Assembly: GCA_963818965.1 (NCBI GenBank) | Contig: CAWFUG010000011.1 | Span: 352,001-416,000 of the forward strand | Direction: 5' to 3' | Source of the DNA: an uncultured Verrucomicrobiae bacterium | GTDB taxonomy: Bacteria; Chlamydiota; Chlamydiia; Chlamydiales; Rhabdochlamydiaceae | Length of the DNA stretch: 64,000 nucleotides | Shown here: one piece after another, positions 38,890 through 49,602 of the stretch | Layout: every line of letters starts with the position of its first letter | How positions within the stretch are numbered: position 1 is the stretch's first letter | Notes under the pieces: model-generated | The model's input: the letters and a program-made list of their open reading frames with translations, nothing else | Databases searched by the model: none | Told to the model about the DNA's origin: nothing | Translations under genes and position numbers: made by a program

Positions 38890-40217
38890 CACAACGTCTC
38901 CTCCTTCGATGGAATCGGTTGAGCATGGGGGTCTCGTTTGGGATCGCCCAACTGTTCTGAGAGCATCTTCTCGAGCTCGGGGGAGATGATATGCTCCATC
39001 TCTTCTGCGCTGTGGTGCACTTTCTCTGCCCCCTGTCCTAGAAAGACGAGATAGGCTTCCCAGAGGCGATGGAGGCGGACGATCCGTGCTGCGCGTAGAG
39101 ACCCATCGCGCGTGAGGAGGATCCTCCCTTGAATACGTTCGATCCACCCTTGTCGTTTGAGTTTGCGCAGTAAAAACCATAGAGAGGTCTTGGAACAGAG
39201 TTGTCTCTCATAGAGTTTTTTAAAATTCACTCCTCTTTCGTCCCCTTCCCGCCAGAGGAGTTTCATCATGTTCTCCTGCAAACACTGTCTGCGAAAGCGC
39301 ATGACGCGCACACAGCGAGTGAGAAGTCCATTTTGAGGCGCAAATAAAAGGGAGAAGAGTGCGAAGCTCGCAGCCGAGAGCAAGATCAACGGACCTGTCG
39401 GTAGGATAAAGGACTCGCTCCACCCCAAGCGAGTCGCCCACAGGGGAATTTCGATAGAGAGGTAATTTCCAAAAAATCCACTTAAGGCGCCAATGCCCCC
39501 TGCCAAGATCAATACCCAAGAGAGTCGATGGGTCCACTGGCGTGCAGCCACTGCGGGAGCAATTAACATCCCTGCCATCAGAACGACGCCAACGCTCCGG
39601 ATGCCGATCACGATACTCAAGACGAGGAGAAAAAACAGGAGCGTATCGACTCCATGTGTTCTCACACCGACGCTTTTCGAAAAGTCTTTATCGAAAATCG
39701 CCATGGCGATTTGAGTCTGCAAGAGAAAAAGAGCTACGATGACAAAGAGAGCGAGAGCAGCGTAGAGAAAAATATGAATGGTCGTCATCGTCGCCGCTTG
39801 TCCGTACAAGAAAATCTGCACCGTCTTGTACCAAAGGGGGTGGGAAAACTGAACGCGGCTCGCGCAGAGGACACCGACGCCAAAGAAGAGGGAGAGGACA
39901 AAACAGAGCGCTGCATCATTTTTAACACGCCATTTTCCCTCCATCCGATCGACGAGCCAAAGACCTAAGAGCGCAGTTAAAAAAGCGCCGATCAAAACGG
40001 CGATCGGCAATAGATCCTGCCTTCCAGGAAAGAGAAAAGACAAACCTAATACACTTAAGACGACCCCAGGATAGGCGGCGTGAGAGAGTGTCTCACCGAG
40101 GAGAGAGCGCTTTTTTAAAAAGACGAGGACGCCGATGAGAGCAGAAGAGAGGCACATCAAGATGCTTCCGATCATTGGAGCTTGGAAAATGGGATCGGTA
40201 AAATAGCTAAGAAACAT
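38889..40217 (-). CDS. ytgC: YtgCR: ABC-3 permease fused to a DtxR-family repressor domain
   Basis: LSHAAYPG permease plus C-terminal LTRDG..RLHRLWE..HHSAEEMEH..DPHAQPIP. Confidence 0.92.
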   Translation of the reverse strand: MFLSYFTDPIFQAPMIGSILMCLSSALIGVLVFLKKRSLLGETLSHAAYPGVVLSVLGLSFLFPGRQDLLPIAVLIGAFLTALLGLWLVDRMEGKWRVKNDAALCFVLSLFFGVGVLCASRVQFSHPLWYKTVQIFLYGQAATMTTIHIFLYAALALFVIVALFLLQTQIAMAIFDKDFSKSVGVRTHGVDTLLFFLLVLSIVIGIRSVGVVLMAGMLIAPAVAARQWTHRLSWVLILAGGIGALSGFFGNYLSIEIPLWATRLGWSESFILPTGPLILLSAASFALFSLLFAPQNGLLTRCVRVMRFRRQCLQENMMKLLWREGDERGVNFKKLYERQLCSKTSLWFLLRKLKRQGWIERIQGRILLTRDGSLRAARIVRLHRLWEAYLVFLGQGAEKVHHSAEEMEHIISPELEKMLSEQLGDPKRDPHAQPIPSKEETL

Positions 40218-41000
40218 CTACTTGCGCCCTGAAGTTTTGTTTTGCGTCAGTTTTGTCGCCTCATCCAAAAGAGCACCCCCTTTTCCATAGGTGCGCAAAA
40301 TATTTTCCTGATGAAACACTTCTGAGACGGGGCCACTTGCGATCAAGCAAGTGTTAAGGAGGATGAGCCAATCGAAATAGGCAGCGACTGTCGTCAGGTC
40401 GTGGTGGACGACGAGCAGGGTTTTCCCTTGGGTTTTCAATTGATCCATTAACGTGATGATCGCTTTCTCTGTCGCCATATCGACTCCTGCAAAAGGCTCA
40501 TCCATTAAATAGAGATCGGCATCTTGTAGAAGAGCCCTTGCGATGAAGATACGCTGCTGCTGTCCGCCAGAGAGTTGGCTGATCTGCCGTTTGGCAAAGC
40601 CGGCCATCCCCACCATTTCAAGAGCTTGCATCGCCGCCTGCTTATCCGCGACTTTAGGCCATTTGAACCACCCTAATTTTCCATAGCGCCCCATGAGGAC
40701 CACTTCAAAAGCTGTGATCGGAAAATCCCAATCGACAGAATTTCTCTGGGGAACATAAGCCACCCTTTTTCTCACTCTCTTAAGCGGAGCCCCGAAAAAC
40801 TCCACTTTTCCCGAAAGGGTCTCTGTCATCCCCAAAATCGCCTTAAGCAAAGTGCTTTTTCCTGCGCCGTTGGGTCCGATGATCCCGACTAATTTACCGC
40901 AAGGGATCGTACAGTAGATATCCCAGAGCACCGATGTCTTGTCATAATTGACCGTGAGCTGTTCGATGTGGATTGCGGGTTCTTCTCTATCTGTCTTCAT
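40218..41000 (-). CDS. ytgB: Metal ABC transporter ATPase YtgB
   Basis: GPNGAGKST, LSGGQQQR, MDEPFAGVD. Confidence 0.94.
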   Translation of the reverse strand: MKTDREEPAIHIEQLTVNYDKTSVLWDIYCTIPCGKLVGIIGPNGAGKSTLLKAILGMTETLSGKVEFFGAPLKRVRKRVAYVPQRNSVDWDFPITAFEVVLMGRYGKLGWFKWPKVADKQAAMQALEMVGMAGFAKRQISQLSGGQQQRIFIARALLQDADLYLMDEPFAGVDMATEKAIITLMDQLKTQGKTLLVVHHDLTTVAAYFDWLILLNTCLIASGPVSEVFHQENILRTYGKGGALLDEATKLTQNKTSGRK

Positions 41001-41982
41001 GAGAGCTTCCCCAAGTTTGGATCAAAATAGCTGCATCGTGCCCGATCATCTTCAGATAGGTATCCGCATCGCTGCCAGGAGGACCCATCGCATCTCCGTA
41101 GAGGATTTCCTCAGAAATGGCGACTTTGAGTTTTTTTTGCGCGCATACCTGGATGATCTTATTCAAAGAATCGCGCGAGACATTGGACTCGGGGAAGACG
41201 GTGTGGATCTGATAAGCGATGAGATGATCGACGACGGAGCGGATGTTCGCAGCGCTGAGCTGTCCATCAGGAGAGAGTCCCTCTGGGGCATCGAACCTAG
41301 CCTCCCAGCGATTGTCTAAGATCTCTTGCTCTGTAGCGAGATAACTCCTCGCAAAGTAGTTAAACGCATCGTGGCTGGTCACCAAGTAGCGCCTTTGTTC
41401 AGGGATCTGATGCAACGCATCGAGAATGGCCGCATGGGTCTTTAACATCTCCTCTTTTAGGGATCTACCATTTGCAGCATAATACTCTTTTCCCTCCAGA
41501 TCTTTCTCTGTTAAAGCGGAGACGATTGGATCTACGATTTCCGCAAATAAAGAGATATCCATCCAAAAATGGGGATCGATCTCTAGCCCTTTGCGAATGA
41601 ACCGTTCCGGTGTGCTTTTAAGGACTGCATTTCCGAGACCTACTGCCTGAGAAGAGGTTTCTAATCGGTAGCGCAGACTCGCCCCGTGCTCGAGACCGAG
41701 ACCATTGTAAAAAATCAATTGCGCCAAAGACAATTTTTCATCATCTCCTTTTACTAGTTCATAGCTGTGTGGGTCCATCTCCCCCACGATCAATGGCAAG
41801 TGGACGATTCTGTCCCCACCGATCTGGGCGACGATGTCGTCTATCATCGCAGTTGTAGACAAAACTTTAAGCTTCTCTTCCTCACTCGCCCATTCTTGAA
41901 AGAGATTTATTTTTTTTTGAGATGAACATCCCCAGATCAAAAAAGAGCACAGGAATAACAACTGGATCAAATGGCGGCACAT
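40987..41982 (-). CDS. ytgA: Metal-binding lipoprotein YtgA (TroA-like)
   Basis: Lipobox IWGC, DPHSY, NGLGLE, DPHFW, SHDAFNYF. Confidence 0.92.
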   Translation of the reverse strand: MCRHLIQLLFLCSFLIWGCSSQKKINLFQEWASEEEKLKVLSTTAMIDDIVAQIGGDRIVHLPLIVGEMDPHSYELVKGDDEKLSLAQLIFYNGLGLEHGASLRYRLETSSQAVGLGNAVLKSTPERFIRKGLEIDPHFWMDISLFAEIVDPIVSALTEKDLEGKEYYAANGRSLKEEMLKTHAAILDALHQIPEQRRYLVTSHDAFNYFARSYLATEQEILDNRWEARFDAPEGLSPDGQLSAANIRSVVDHLIAYQIHTVFPESNVSRDSLNKIIQVCAQKKLKVAISEEILYGDAMGPPGSDADTYLKMIGHDAAILIQTWGSSHEDR

Positions 41983-42284
41983 AGAGGAACCTTACATAAA
42001 AAGAGAGATCAAAGAGAGATCTTAGCATCTATTCCTTCAATAGTAAAGTGGGTACTTTTCCAGAGAAAGAAGCGGGTTTTTACAACTATTATTGCAAAAA
42101 ATATCAACACTTCCTAAAATTGCAAGAAATGTAAACTGCCCGGAAAAACCGAGGATTAAATTCTGACAAAAACAGAACGGGGCAAAACGAAGATTGCAAA
42201 TTAAACAGAATTCTGTTAAACCAAACAAACACCTAACAAACATGTCAAACAAAGGACACTGAAATGAACCCAAGAGAAGAAACA

Positions 42285-42797
42285 ATGGAAGCAAAAACTA
42301 AAAACTTGAAAGAAATCGAAGAAATCATTGCAAAGGCGATAAAAAAAGTGAATGGACGGAAGGAAAATGACCTCTGTAAATACCTCCCCATGACCAGTGG
42401 CGGCTATATGCACCACTTCACACTCCGTAAAATGAAAAATCGAGCACCTAGCGAACTCGGCACACTCATTGAAAAATTTATTATCAACAATGAAAAACCC
42501 TCTGCCGTTACTCCAAAACAAAGAGCTGCTAGAGGTTCTCGCAAACGCCGAGATCAAATCACCTTTACTAGAATGCAACTCGAAAGAATGCTCAATATCG
42601 CACGCTTAGCTGGAGATAAAGAGATGATCTCTATCCTCGCCCCTAAGAAATCTCTCGCAATCTGCAAGCGAGAACTCATCTCCTCTATCCGCCATAGCCG
42701 TGTAGAACCAGAGCTCTGGAATGCATATGTCGAATCCCTAAATGCGCACCAGCAACTCGCAGCCCTCACCAGCGAAATGCTAGCGGCAAGTAAATAA
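42285..42797 (+). CDS. Conserved chlamydial hypothetical protein (syntenic with C. trachomatis CT066)
   Basis: Basic protein between ytgA and npt1; GGYMHHFTLRKMK; promoter-like TTGCAA-17-TAAAAT at 42092-42120. Confidence 0.75.
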   Translation: MEAKTKNLKEIEEIIAKAIKKVNGRKENDLCKYLPMTSGGYMHHFTLRKMKNRAPSELGTLIEKFIINNEKPSAVTPKQRAARGSRKRRDQITFTRMQLERMLNIARLAGDKEMISILAPKKSLAICKRELISSIRHSRVEPELWNAYVESLNAHQQLAALTSEMLAASK

Positions 42798-42810
42798 TTT
42801 ACTTCATCTT

Positions 42811-42843
42811 AGAGCCCGCTTGCACCGCAAGCGGGCTCTTCTT
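42811..42843 (+). terminator. Rho-independent terminator
   Basis: AGAGCCCGCTTGC-ACC-GCAAGCGGGCTCT followed by TCTT. Confidence 0.75.
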
Positions 42844-42927
42844 GAGATTTCCCTTGAAATCAAAGAAAAGTCAGCTATAATTCTCTTCTTCAGTAACAAT
42901 TCGATCTATCTAAGAGGAACAAAACCA

Positions 42928-44514
42928 ATGTCTGAAACTAAGAAACCTGAATTCGGTAGATGGAGGTCATTCTTTTGGCCCGTCCATACGTTCGAGCTCA
43001 AAAAGCTCCTGCCGATGTTTTTCCTATTCTTCTTCATCAACTTCAACTACACCATCTTAAGGGACACCAAAGACGCCCTCATCGTAACGGCTCCAGGATC
43101 TGGCGCGGAAGCGATCCCCTTCTTGAAGGTATGGGGGGTGCTGCCACTGGCCATCCTTTTCATGATCGTCTACTCAAAACTGAGTAACGTCTTCAGCAAA
43201 CAAAAACTGTTCTACACGACGATCTCCTTCTTCATCGCTTATTTTGCGGTCTTCGTCTTGGTGCTCTATCCGAATAAGGATATCCTTCACCCAACGACAG
43301 CAGCAGATGCCTTACAACAGTTTCTTCCTGCGGGATTCAGCGGTTTCATCGCCCTTATCCGTAACTGGACTTACGCCCTCTTCTACGTCATGTCTGAGCT
43401 CTGGGGAAGCGTCGCGATCTCTCTTCTCTTTTGGGGATTTGCCAACGACACGACAAAAATCTCTGAATCAAAGCGCTTCTACGCCCTTTTCGGTCTAGGT
43501 GCTAACGTCGCGATGCTCGTCTCAGGACCTGCGATCATCCACTTTTCCAATATCCGCAGCAAACTCGCTGCAGGAATCGACGCCTGGGGCGTCACGCTCA
43601 ACTGGATGGTGGCGATGGTCTTCTTATCAGGTCTCATCATCATGGGAATCTACTGGTGGATCGACAAAAACGTCTTGACAGATCCTCGATTCTACGATCC
43701 AGCGGAGCTCAAACGCGCTAAGAAAGAAAAACCGAAGATGTCTTTAAAAGAGAGCTTTGCCTACCTCGCGCGCTCTAAATACATCGGGTACCTGGCGATC
43801 CTCGTCATCGGTTACGGCATCGCGATCAACCTCGTCGAAGTCACCTGGAAAGGACAGCTCAAACTGCAATACCCCAATCCGAACGACTACCAGACCTTCA
43901 TGGGCTACTTCTCGACCGTCACCGGAGCGATTACGATCCTGATGATGCTCTTCGTCGGAGGAAATGTCATCCGCCGTTTTGGCTGGAAAACGGGAGCGCT
44001 TATTACGCCCATCGTCCTCCTCATTACGGGAGTCGGATTCTTCTCGTTTGTCATCTTTAGAGATTCTCTCACCGGGTTCATCGCGATGATGGGAACGACA
44101 CCACTCATGCTCGCTGTCCTCTTCGGAACTGCGCAGAATGTCATGAGCAAATCGGCCAAGTATTCCCTCTTCGATCCGACTAAAGAGATGGCCTATATCC
44201 CACTCGACCAAGAAGCGAAGGTCAAGGGGAAAGCGGCGATCGACGTCGTCGGCGCCCGCCTTGGCAAATCCGGTGGTTCTTTAGTCCAGCAAGGATTGAT
44301 CATCGCCTGTGGTTCGCTTGGAGCGATTACACCATTCGTCGGCATCATCCTATTCGCGATCATCTTCGCGTGGATCTTCGCCGCGAACGGCCTCAGCAAG
44401 CGCTTCCAAAAGCTCAATGCAGAGAAAGAGGAAGAGGCGAAACAACTCGCTCAAGCAGCTCCTGCTCCTATCGATGCAGAAGCAATGGCGAAAAGCACCG
44501 CACAGCCGAGCTAA
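42928..44514 (+). CDS. npt1: ATP/ADP translocase (NTT/TLC family)
   Basis: ELKKLLPM, LRDTKD, FYVMSELWGS, INLVEVTWK, YSLFDPTKEMAYIPLD, KGKAAIDV; TTGAAA-16-TATAAT at 42854-42881. Confidence 0.96.
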   Translation: MSETKKPEFGRWRSFFWPVHTFELKKLLPMFFLFFFINFNYTILRDTKDALIVTAPGSGAEAIPFLKVWGVLPLAILFMIVYSKLSNVFSKQKLFYTTISFFIAYFAVFVLVLYPNKDILHPTTAADALQQFLPAGFSGFIALIRNWTYALFYVMSELWGSVAISLLFWGFANDTTKISESKRFYALFGLGANVAMLVSGPAIIHFSNIRSKLAAGIDAWGVTLNWMVAMVFLSGLIIMGIYWWIDKNVLTDPRFYDPAELKRAKKEKPKMSLKESFAYLARSKYIGYLAILVIGYGIAINLVEVTWKGQLKLQYPNPNDYQTFMGYFSTVTGAITILMMLFVGGNVIRRFGWKTGALITPIVLLITGVGFFSFVIFRDSLTGFIAMMGTTPLMLAVLFGTAQNVMSKSAKYSLFDPTKEMAYIPLDQEAKVKGKAAIDVVGARLGKSGGSLVQQGLIIACGSLGAITPFVGIILFAIIFAWIFAANGLSKRFQKLNAEKEEEAKQLAQAAPAPIDAEAMAKSTAQPS

Positions 44515-44564
44515 TTTCCAGCTCAAAACCTAAGTAGGAGAGAAATCTCCTACTCGGTCTATCT

Positions 44565-44698
44565 AACCAAGAGATCTAATATAAATTTTCTCTCTGTGGT
44601 TTTCCGTCTCTGTGGTAAAAAAGATAAAAACCACAGAGATGGGAAACCACAGAGAGAGATTTTTAATAGGAATTTTCTCTCTGTGGTAAAGTTGCATA
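44565..44698. repeat. Family A composite element, copy 5
   Basis: Five alternating TCTGTGG/CCACAGA arms; ends GGTAAAGTTGCATA; preceded by the hairpin AGTAGGAGA-GAAA-TCTCCTACT (44533-44554). Confidence 0.85.
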
Positions 44699-44744
44699 GG
44701 CAACAACGTCGTTCCTAACCCCTTTTACCCCCCTCTTCAAGATC

Positions 44745-46553
44745 ATGTTTCACTACGATCGCAAGTTCATCCGCAACTTCTCCATCATCGCACACATCGA
44801 TCACGGCAAATCGACAATCGCCGATCGGCTGCTGGAACTAACAGAGACGATCGCAAAGCGAGACATGCAGGAACAAGTACTCGATGCGATGGACTTAGAA
44901 AGAGAAAGGGGCATTACCATTAAAGCCCATCCCGTGACGATGTACTATAAGGCCGGAGATGGACACACCTACCAAATCAATTTCATCGACACTCCCGGAC
45001 ACGTCGACTTCACCTATGAGGTCTCCCGATCTCTTTCCGCTTGTGAAGGAGCACTCCTGGTCGTCGACGCCGTTCAAGGCGTCCAGGCACAGAGCCTGGC
45101 TAACGTCCACCTAGCGATCGAGCGCAACCTCGAAATTTTACCCGTCATCAATAAAATCGATCTCCCTTCCGCAGATGTCGAAAGCGTCAAACAGCAGATC
45201 GAAGATGTGATCGGACTCGATACCTCCCATGCGATCCTTTGCTCAGCAAAAACAGGAGTCGGCATCTCAGACATCCTCGAACAGATTCTCCTCACCGTCC
45301 CCCCTCCGAAAGACCCTGAAGATGACATTTTGCGCGCCCTCCTCTTCGATTCCCACTACGACCCCTACCGCGGTGTCATGGTCTACGTCCGCGTGATCAG
45401 CGGTGAGATCAGTAAAAAATCGCTTATCAAGATGATGGCGACAGACAAGACGTTCGAAGTCTTGGAAGTGGGCATTTTCTCCCCCACTCAAAAACCGGTC
45501 GAGAGTTTAAGACCAGGAGAAGTCGGCTACCTCCTCGCCAATATCAAAAATACCACTGATGTCAAGATCGGCGATACCATTACGACCGTACGCCACCCCG
45601 CCTCCAAAGCGCTCCCCGGTTTTCGCCTCATCTCCCCTGTCGTCTACGCCGGGATCTACCCGGTCGATTCTTCCGACTTCGAAACCCTCCGCGATGCCCT
45701 CGTCAAATTGCAACTCAACGATTCTGCCCTCCACGTCGAGCAAGAAAGCAGCATGGCCCTTGGCTTCGGATTCCGCTGCGGATTCCTCGGCCTGCTCCAC
45801 CTCGAAATCGTCTTCGAAAGACTCCAACGGGAATTCAATTTAGATATCATCACGACAGCGCCAAGCGTCATCTACAAAATCACCCTGACCGATGGCAAAT
45901 TGATCCACATCGACAACGTGGCACACTACCCCGATCCGACGTTCATCGAATTCATCGAAGAGCCTTGGGTGCAAAGCCACATCATGGTGCCCGCAGAATA
46001 CTTAGGTGCCCTGATGAGCCTCGGCATGGACAAACGGGGTGAGCTGCTCAAAACAGAGACGATGGATGCGAAGCGACTCCTCCTCACCTACCGCTTTCCC
46101 CTCAATGAGATCATCACCGACTTCAACGACAAGCTCAAATCGGTCACTCGCGGCTACGGCTCGTTCGACTACGAATTCGAGCGCTACGAGATCGGCGACA
46201 TCGTCAAGCTTGAAATCCGCGTTAATGAAGAGCCCGTCGACGCCTTCTCCTGCCTCGTCCACCGGACAAAGGCGGAGGGAAGAGGCCGTGCGATCTGTAA
46301 AAAACTCGTCGAAGTGATCCCGATGCAGCAATTTAAAGTCCCGGTCCAAGCAGCGATCGGCGGCAAAGTAATCGCCCGCGAAACGATCCGCGCCCTCACC
46401 AAAAACGTCACCGCGAAATGCTACGGCGGCGACATCACCCGCAAACGCAAACTCTGGGAAAAACAAAAAGAAGGAAAAAAACGGATGAAGGAGATCGGGA
46501 AAGTCAACATCCCCCAATCCGCCTTCATGGAAGTGCTTAAAGCCAGTGAATAG
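44745..46553 (+). CDS. lepA: Elongation factor 4 (LepA)
   Basis: [44 protein letters not shown]. Confidence 0.99.
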   Translation: MFHYDRKFIRNFSIIAHIDHGKSTIADRLLELTETIAKRDMQEQVLDAMDLERERGITIKAHPVTMYYKAGDGHTYQINFIDTPGHVDFTYEVSRSLSACEGALLVVDAVQGVQAQSLANVHLAIERNLEILPVINKIDLPSADVESVKQQIEDVIGLDTSHAILCSAKTGVGISDILEQILLTVPPPKDPEDDILRALLFDSHYDPYRGVMVYVRVISGEISKKSLIKMMATDKTFEVLEVGIFSPTQKPVESLRPGEVGYLLANIKNTTDVKIGDTITTVRHPASKALPGFRLISPVVYAGIYPVDSSDFETLRDALVKLQLNDSALHVEQESSMALGFGFRCGFLGLLHLEIVFERLQREFNLDIITTAPSVIYKITLTDGKLIHIDNVAHYPDPTFIEFIEEPWVQSHIMVPAEYLGALMSLGMDKRGELLKTETMDAKRLLLTYRFPLNEIITDFNDKLKSVTRGYGSFDYEFERYEIGDIVKLEIRVNEEPVDAFSCLVHRTKAEGRGRAICKKLVEVIPMQQFKVPVQAAIGGKVIARETIRALTKNVTAKCYGGDITRKRKLWEKQKEGKKRMKEIGKVNIPQSAFMEVLKASE

Positions 46554-46556
46554 AGC

Positions 46557-47822
46557 CTAGAGAGTGTTAACAAACCACTGTTTGAACGAAGAGATTTCTC
46601 GCCGTCCCCATTCCTCGGTAGCTGTTATGATTGGATTCGCCATCTGGACCTCATGCGTCTGACTCCACGTAACCCAGCTTAATTGAGGAAAATTCAGAGG
46701 CAAGAAACCAACGACAGAACCCTGAAGAACAGCTCCTGTTAACAAGGGTGAATTACCCATAAGAACTAACGTACCAAGATGAGCCAAATATAGGCCGCGT
46801 GGAAAACTCTGAATCGTGAGATTGTTATATCCCAGACCTAGGGTTTCTAGATTGGGCGGCATCTGTTCAGGTAACTGAGTGAGTTGATTTCTACCCAACC
46901 AAAGGTCTCTGAGTTTGGGCAGATTTCCCATATCGCGAGGCAGATGAGTGATTTGATTTCCCACAAGGACTAATTCCTCGAGATGGGGTAGGTCCAAATA
47001 AGGGAGCCCTCTGATTTTATTTTCTCTCAGATCTAAGCATTGCAGGCGCGTAAAGTAATTGATCTGAGGCGGAATGTATTCCAGCTCTCCATCGATGATT
47101 TCGATTCGTGTGACATGACTTAGGAGCGCTTCGACTCCTTTTGTTTCGAAAAAGCTAAGAATCTCTTGGCAGGACGCATCCTCGCCGGGGATGACGATCC
47201 CCTCAGGATTATTTGGAGGTGTATTTTGTTTCGCAATCGCATCTTGTAACCCACCCTGCCAGGCACTACATAACGCCCGAGACAGCGCATCCTTTTCCTC
47301 TTCTCCCCTGACTTCAAACGAAGAATACAAACAAATGCTGCTAGAGCAAGAATCTCTTCCTATGATTTCGTAATTTTGCCGTATCGCATTATTGAGCTCA
47401 ACGAAATGCTCAAATGCATCTGCCTGAAGGGACGATTCCCCACTGCTAAGGGATTTAAGAACGTTCAAACAATACATCTCTAACAAATGCTGGCTTTGTT
47501 CAAAGGCACTGATCTCTCTTCCAGCAGTTCTGGACAGCATACTCTCTTGTACCCTTAAATTTCTTTCCTTATCCGATAAGCGAACAAATTCCGGTCCCAA
47601 GATCCCTAGCGCCAAATTGCGCATTACATCGGGAAAAAAGTCATTCCACGCCTTACAGACCAACCTAAAGCTCAAGGTATCGATGAGCTCAGGGGCTTGC
47701 TCGAGAACGAGCCATTGGATTTCTTTCGGAAATTCAGAAAACCGAGGCATTGCGGCCAGGGGAGTTGTGGTAGTTGTGGGAGTAAGATTACCCCTACTAA
47801 ATAGACTGCCTAAAAAGCTCAT
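46557..47822 (-). CDS. F-box + leucine-rich-repeat protein (putative effector)
   Basis: FSEFPKEIQWLVLEQ..SFRLVCKAWN; LxxLxLxxNxI/L repeats in the C-terminal half. Confidence 0.82.
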   Translation of the reverse strand: MSFLGSLFSRGNLTPTTTTTPLAAMPRFSEFPKEIQWLVLEQAPELIDTLSFRLVCKAWNDFFPDVMRNLALGILGPEFVRLSDKERNLRVQESMLSRTAGREISAFEQSQHLLEMYCLNVLKSLSSGESSLQADAFEHFVELNNAIRQNYEIIGRDSCSSSICLYSSFEVRGEEEKDALSRALCSAWQGGLQDAIAKQNTPPNNPEGIVIPGEDASCQEILSFFETKGVEALLSHVTRIEIIDGELEYIPPQINYFTRLQCLDLRENKIRGLPYLDLPHLEELVLVGNQITHLPRDMGNLPKLRDLWLGRNQLTQLPEQMPPNLETLGLGYNNLTIQSFPRGLYLAHLGTLVLMGNSPLLTGAVLQGSVVGFLPLNFPQLSWVTWSQTHEVQMANPIITATEEWGRREISSFKQWFVNTL

Positions 47823-48009
47823 TTTAAACCCTCATTTAATTACGTTTTTTTTACTTATAGTTATATTAATATACTAATAATAGTATTAAAATAAAATATA
47901 ATTAATTTTTTAATAGAAAATAGCCAGGTTAACCTGGTTTGCCCGAAATAAACATAGAAATTATTTTAACTCAGAGGTAGGGTAGAACGCTTGAGCTTGC
48001 ACATTCAGC

Positions 48010-49464
48010 TCAGGCATTATAAGAGGTCGAGGTCACATCGCCCCCTGTGCCCGTCCAGTTGGTATGGAAGAATTGGCCGCGGGGTTTGTCGACGCGCTCA
48101 TAGGTGTGCGCACCGAAAAAGTCCCGTTGCGCTTGGATGAGGTTTGCGGAGAGATTTGCCGTGCAGTAGCCGTCGAAAAAGGAAAGGGCAGTGCTGAAAC
48201 AGGGGATCGGGACGGCGTGTTCAGCAGCTTTACTGATGACGCGTCTCCAGGAATCTTCCGCCTGTAAAATTTCGTGACGAAAGAAGGAGTCTAGCAGGAG
48301 ATTGGGGAGCTCAGGCGCTTGGGCATAGGCCTTTTTGATGTCGTTTAAGAATTTGCTGCGGATGATGCAGCCAGCGCGCCAAATGAGTGCAATTGCCCCG
48401 TAGTTGAGCTTCCATTTCATCTCCGTCGCTGCTGCTTTCATCAACATGAAGCCTTGGGAGTAGCTGATGATTTTAGAAGCGTAGAGCGCTTGGCGAATGT
48501 CTTCGATAAACTGCTTCTTATCTCCCTTAAAGGGAATCTCTTTTTTAGGAAATGCCTTAGCCGCTTCGACGCGCTCTTCTTTAAGGGATGAGAGACAGCG
48601 CGCGAATACCGCTTCTGCAATCAAGGTCACGGGGATCCCTAAATCGAGTGCACTGATTCCCGTCCACTTTCCCGTCCCCTTCTGTCCTGCGACGTCGAGG
48701 ATCTTATCCAAGAGCGGTTTTCCATCTGTATCCTTATGCCCAAAAATATTCGCCGTGATTTCGATGAGAAAACTATCTAGGGGTCCTCGGTTCCAGGTAT
48801 GAAAAATCTCCTGCATCTCCTCTGTCGAACACTTCAGAACGTGTTTGAGAAGAAAATACGCCTCTGAGATGAGTTGCATGTCGCCGTATTCGATTCCATT
48901 GTGCACCATTTTGACGTAGTGCCCCGCTCCCCCCTCTCCGATCCAATCGCAGCAAGCGAGCCCATCTTCTTTGGCCTTAGCAGAAATCCCTTGAAAGATC
49001 GGCTGGATCAAGGGCCAAGCTTGAGGGTTACCTCCCGGCATGATCGAAGGGCCATGACGTGCTCCCTCTTCTCCTCCTGAGATTCCCGCTCCGATGAACA
49101 AGATTCCCTTGGCTTGGAGCTCTTTGACGCGCCTCTCTGTGTCGGGGTAATGGCTATTTCCGCCGTCGATTATGATATCCCCTTTTTCCAAAAAGGGGAG
49201 GCACTCTTCGATCAACTCATCCACCGCAGCACCTGCTTTGACCATGAACATCAACTTGCGCGGTTTTTTTAGAGATTGGATAAATTCTTTTAATGAATGA
49301 GTTCCGATCACCTGCGTGTTTTTCGCAGGTCCTTTTAAAAAATCATCTACGCGCGAGACAGTGCGGTTAAACACCGCTACGGTAAAGCCGTGGTCATTCA
49401 TATTTAAAACGAGATTTTGCCCCATCACCGCAAGGCCGATAAGTCCGATGTCTGCTTGTGCCAT
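48010..49464 (-). CDS. gnd: 6-phosphogluconate dehydrogenase, decarboxylating
   Basis: IGLAVMG, GISGGEEGA, VKMVHNGIEYGDMQ, QRDFFGAHTY. Confidence 0.98.
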   Translation of the reverse strand: MAQADIGLIGLAVMGQNLVLNMNDHGFTVAVFNRTVSRVDDFLKGPAKNTQVIGTHSLKEFIQSLKKPRKLMFMVKAGAAVDELIEECLPFLEKGDIIIDGGNSHYPDTERRVKELQAKGILFIGAGISGGEEGARHGPSIMPGGNPQAWPLIQPIFQGISAKAKEDGLACCDWIGEGGAGHYVKMVHNGIEYGDMQLISEAYFLLKHVLKCSTEEMQEIFHTWNRGPLDSFLIEITANIFGHKDTDGKPLLDKILDVAGQKGTGKWTGISALDLGIPVTLIAEAVFARCLSSLKEERVEAAKAFPKKEIPFKGDKKQFIEDIRQALYASKIISYSQGFMLMKAAATEMKWKLNYGAIALIWRAGCIIRSKFLNDIKKAYAQAPELPNLLLDSFFRHEILQAEDSWRRVISKAAEHAVPIPCFSTALSFFDGYCTANLSANLIQAQRDFFGAHTYERVDKPRGQFFHTNWTGTGGDVTSTSYNA

Positions 49465-49524
49465 TGTAAAACCTCTTTTTTTTGTTGATCAAAGGGGTCC
49501 TGCTCCCTATACTCTCCCCCTCTT

Positions 49525-49598
49525 GTTCTCGTAGCTCAGGTGGATAGAGCGGTCGCCTCCTAAGCGACAGGTCGCGCGTTCAACTCGCGCCGAGGACA
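49525..49598 (+). tRNA. tRNA-Arg(CCT)
   Basis: Acceptor GTTCTCG/CGAGGAC, D-arm GCTC..GAGC, anticodon arm GTCGC-CTCCTAA-GCGAC, T-arm GCGCG-TTCAACT-CGCGC; CCA not encoded. Confidence 0.95.
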
Positions 49599-49602
49599 TT
49601 TC

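Noticed and set aside
49525..49598. tRNA-anchored genomic island
   Set aside because: No integrase and no duplicated tRNA 3' end seen in the window.
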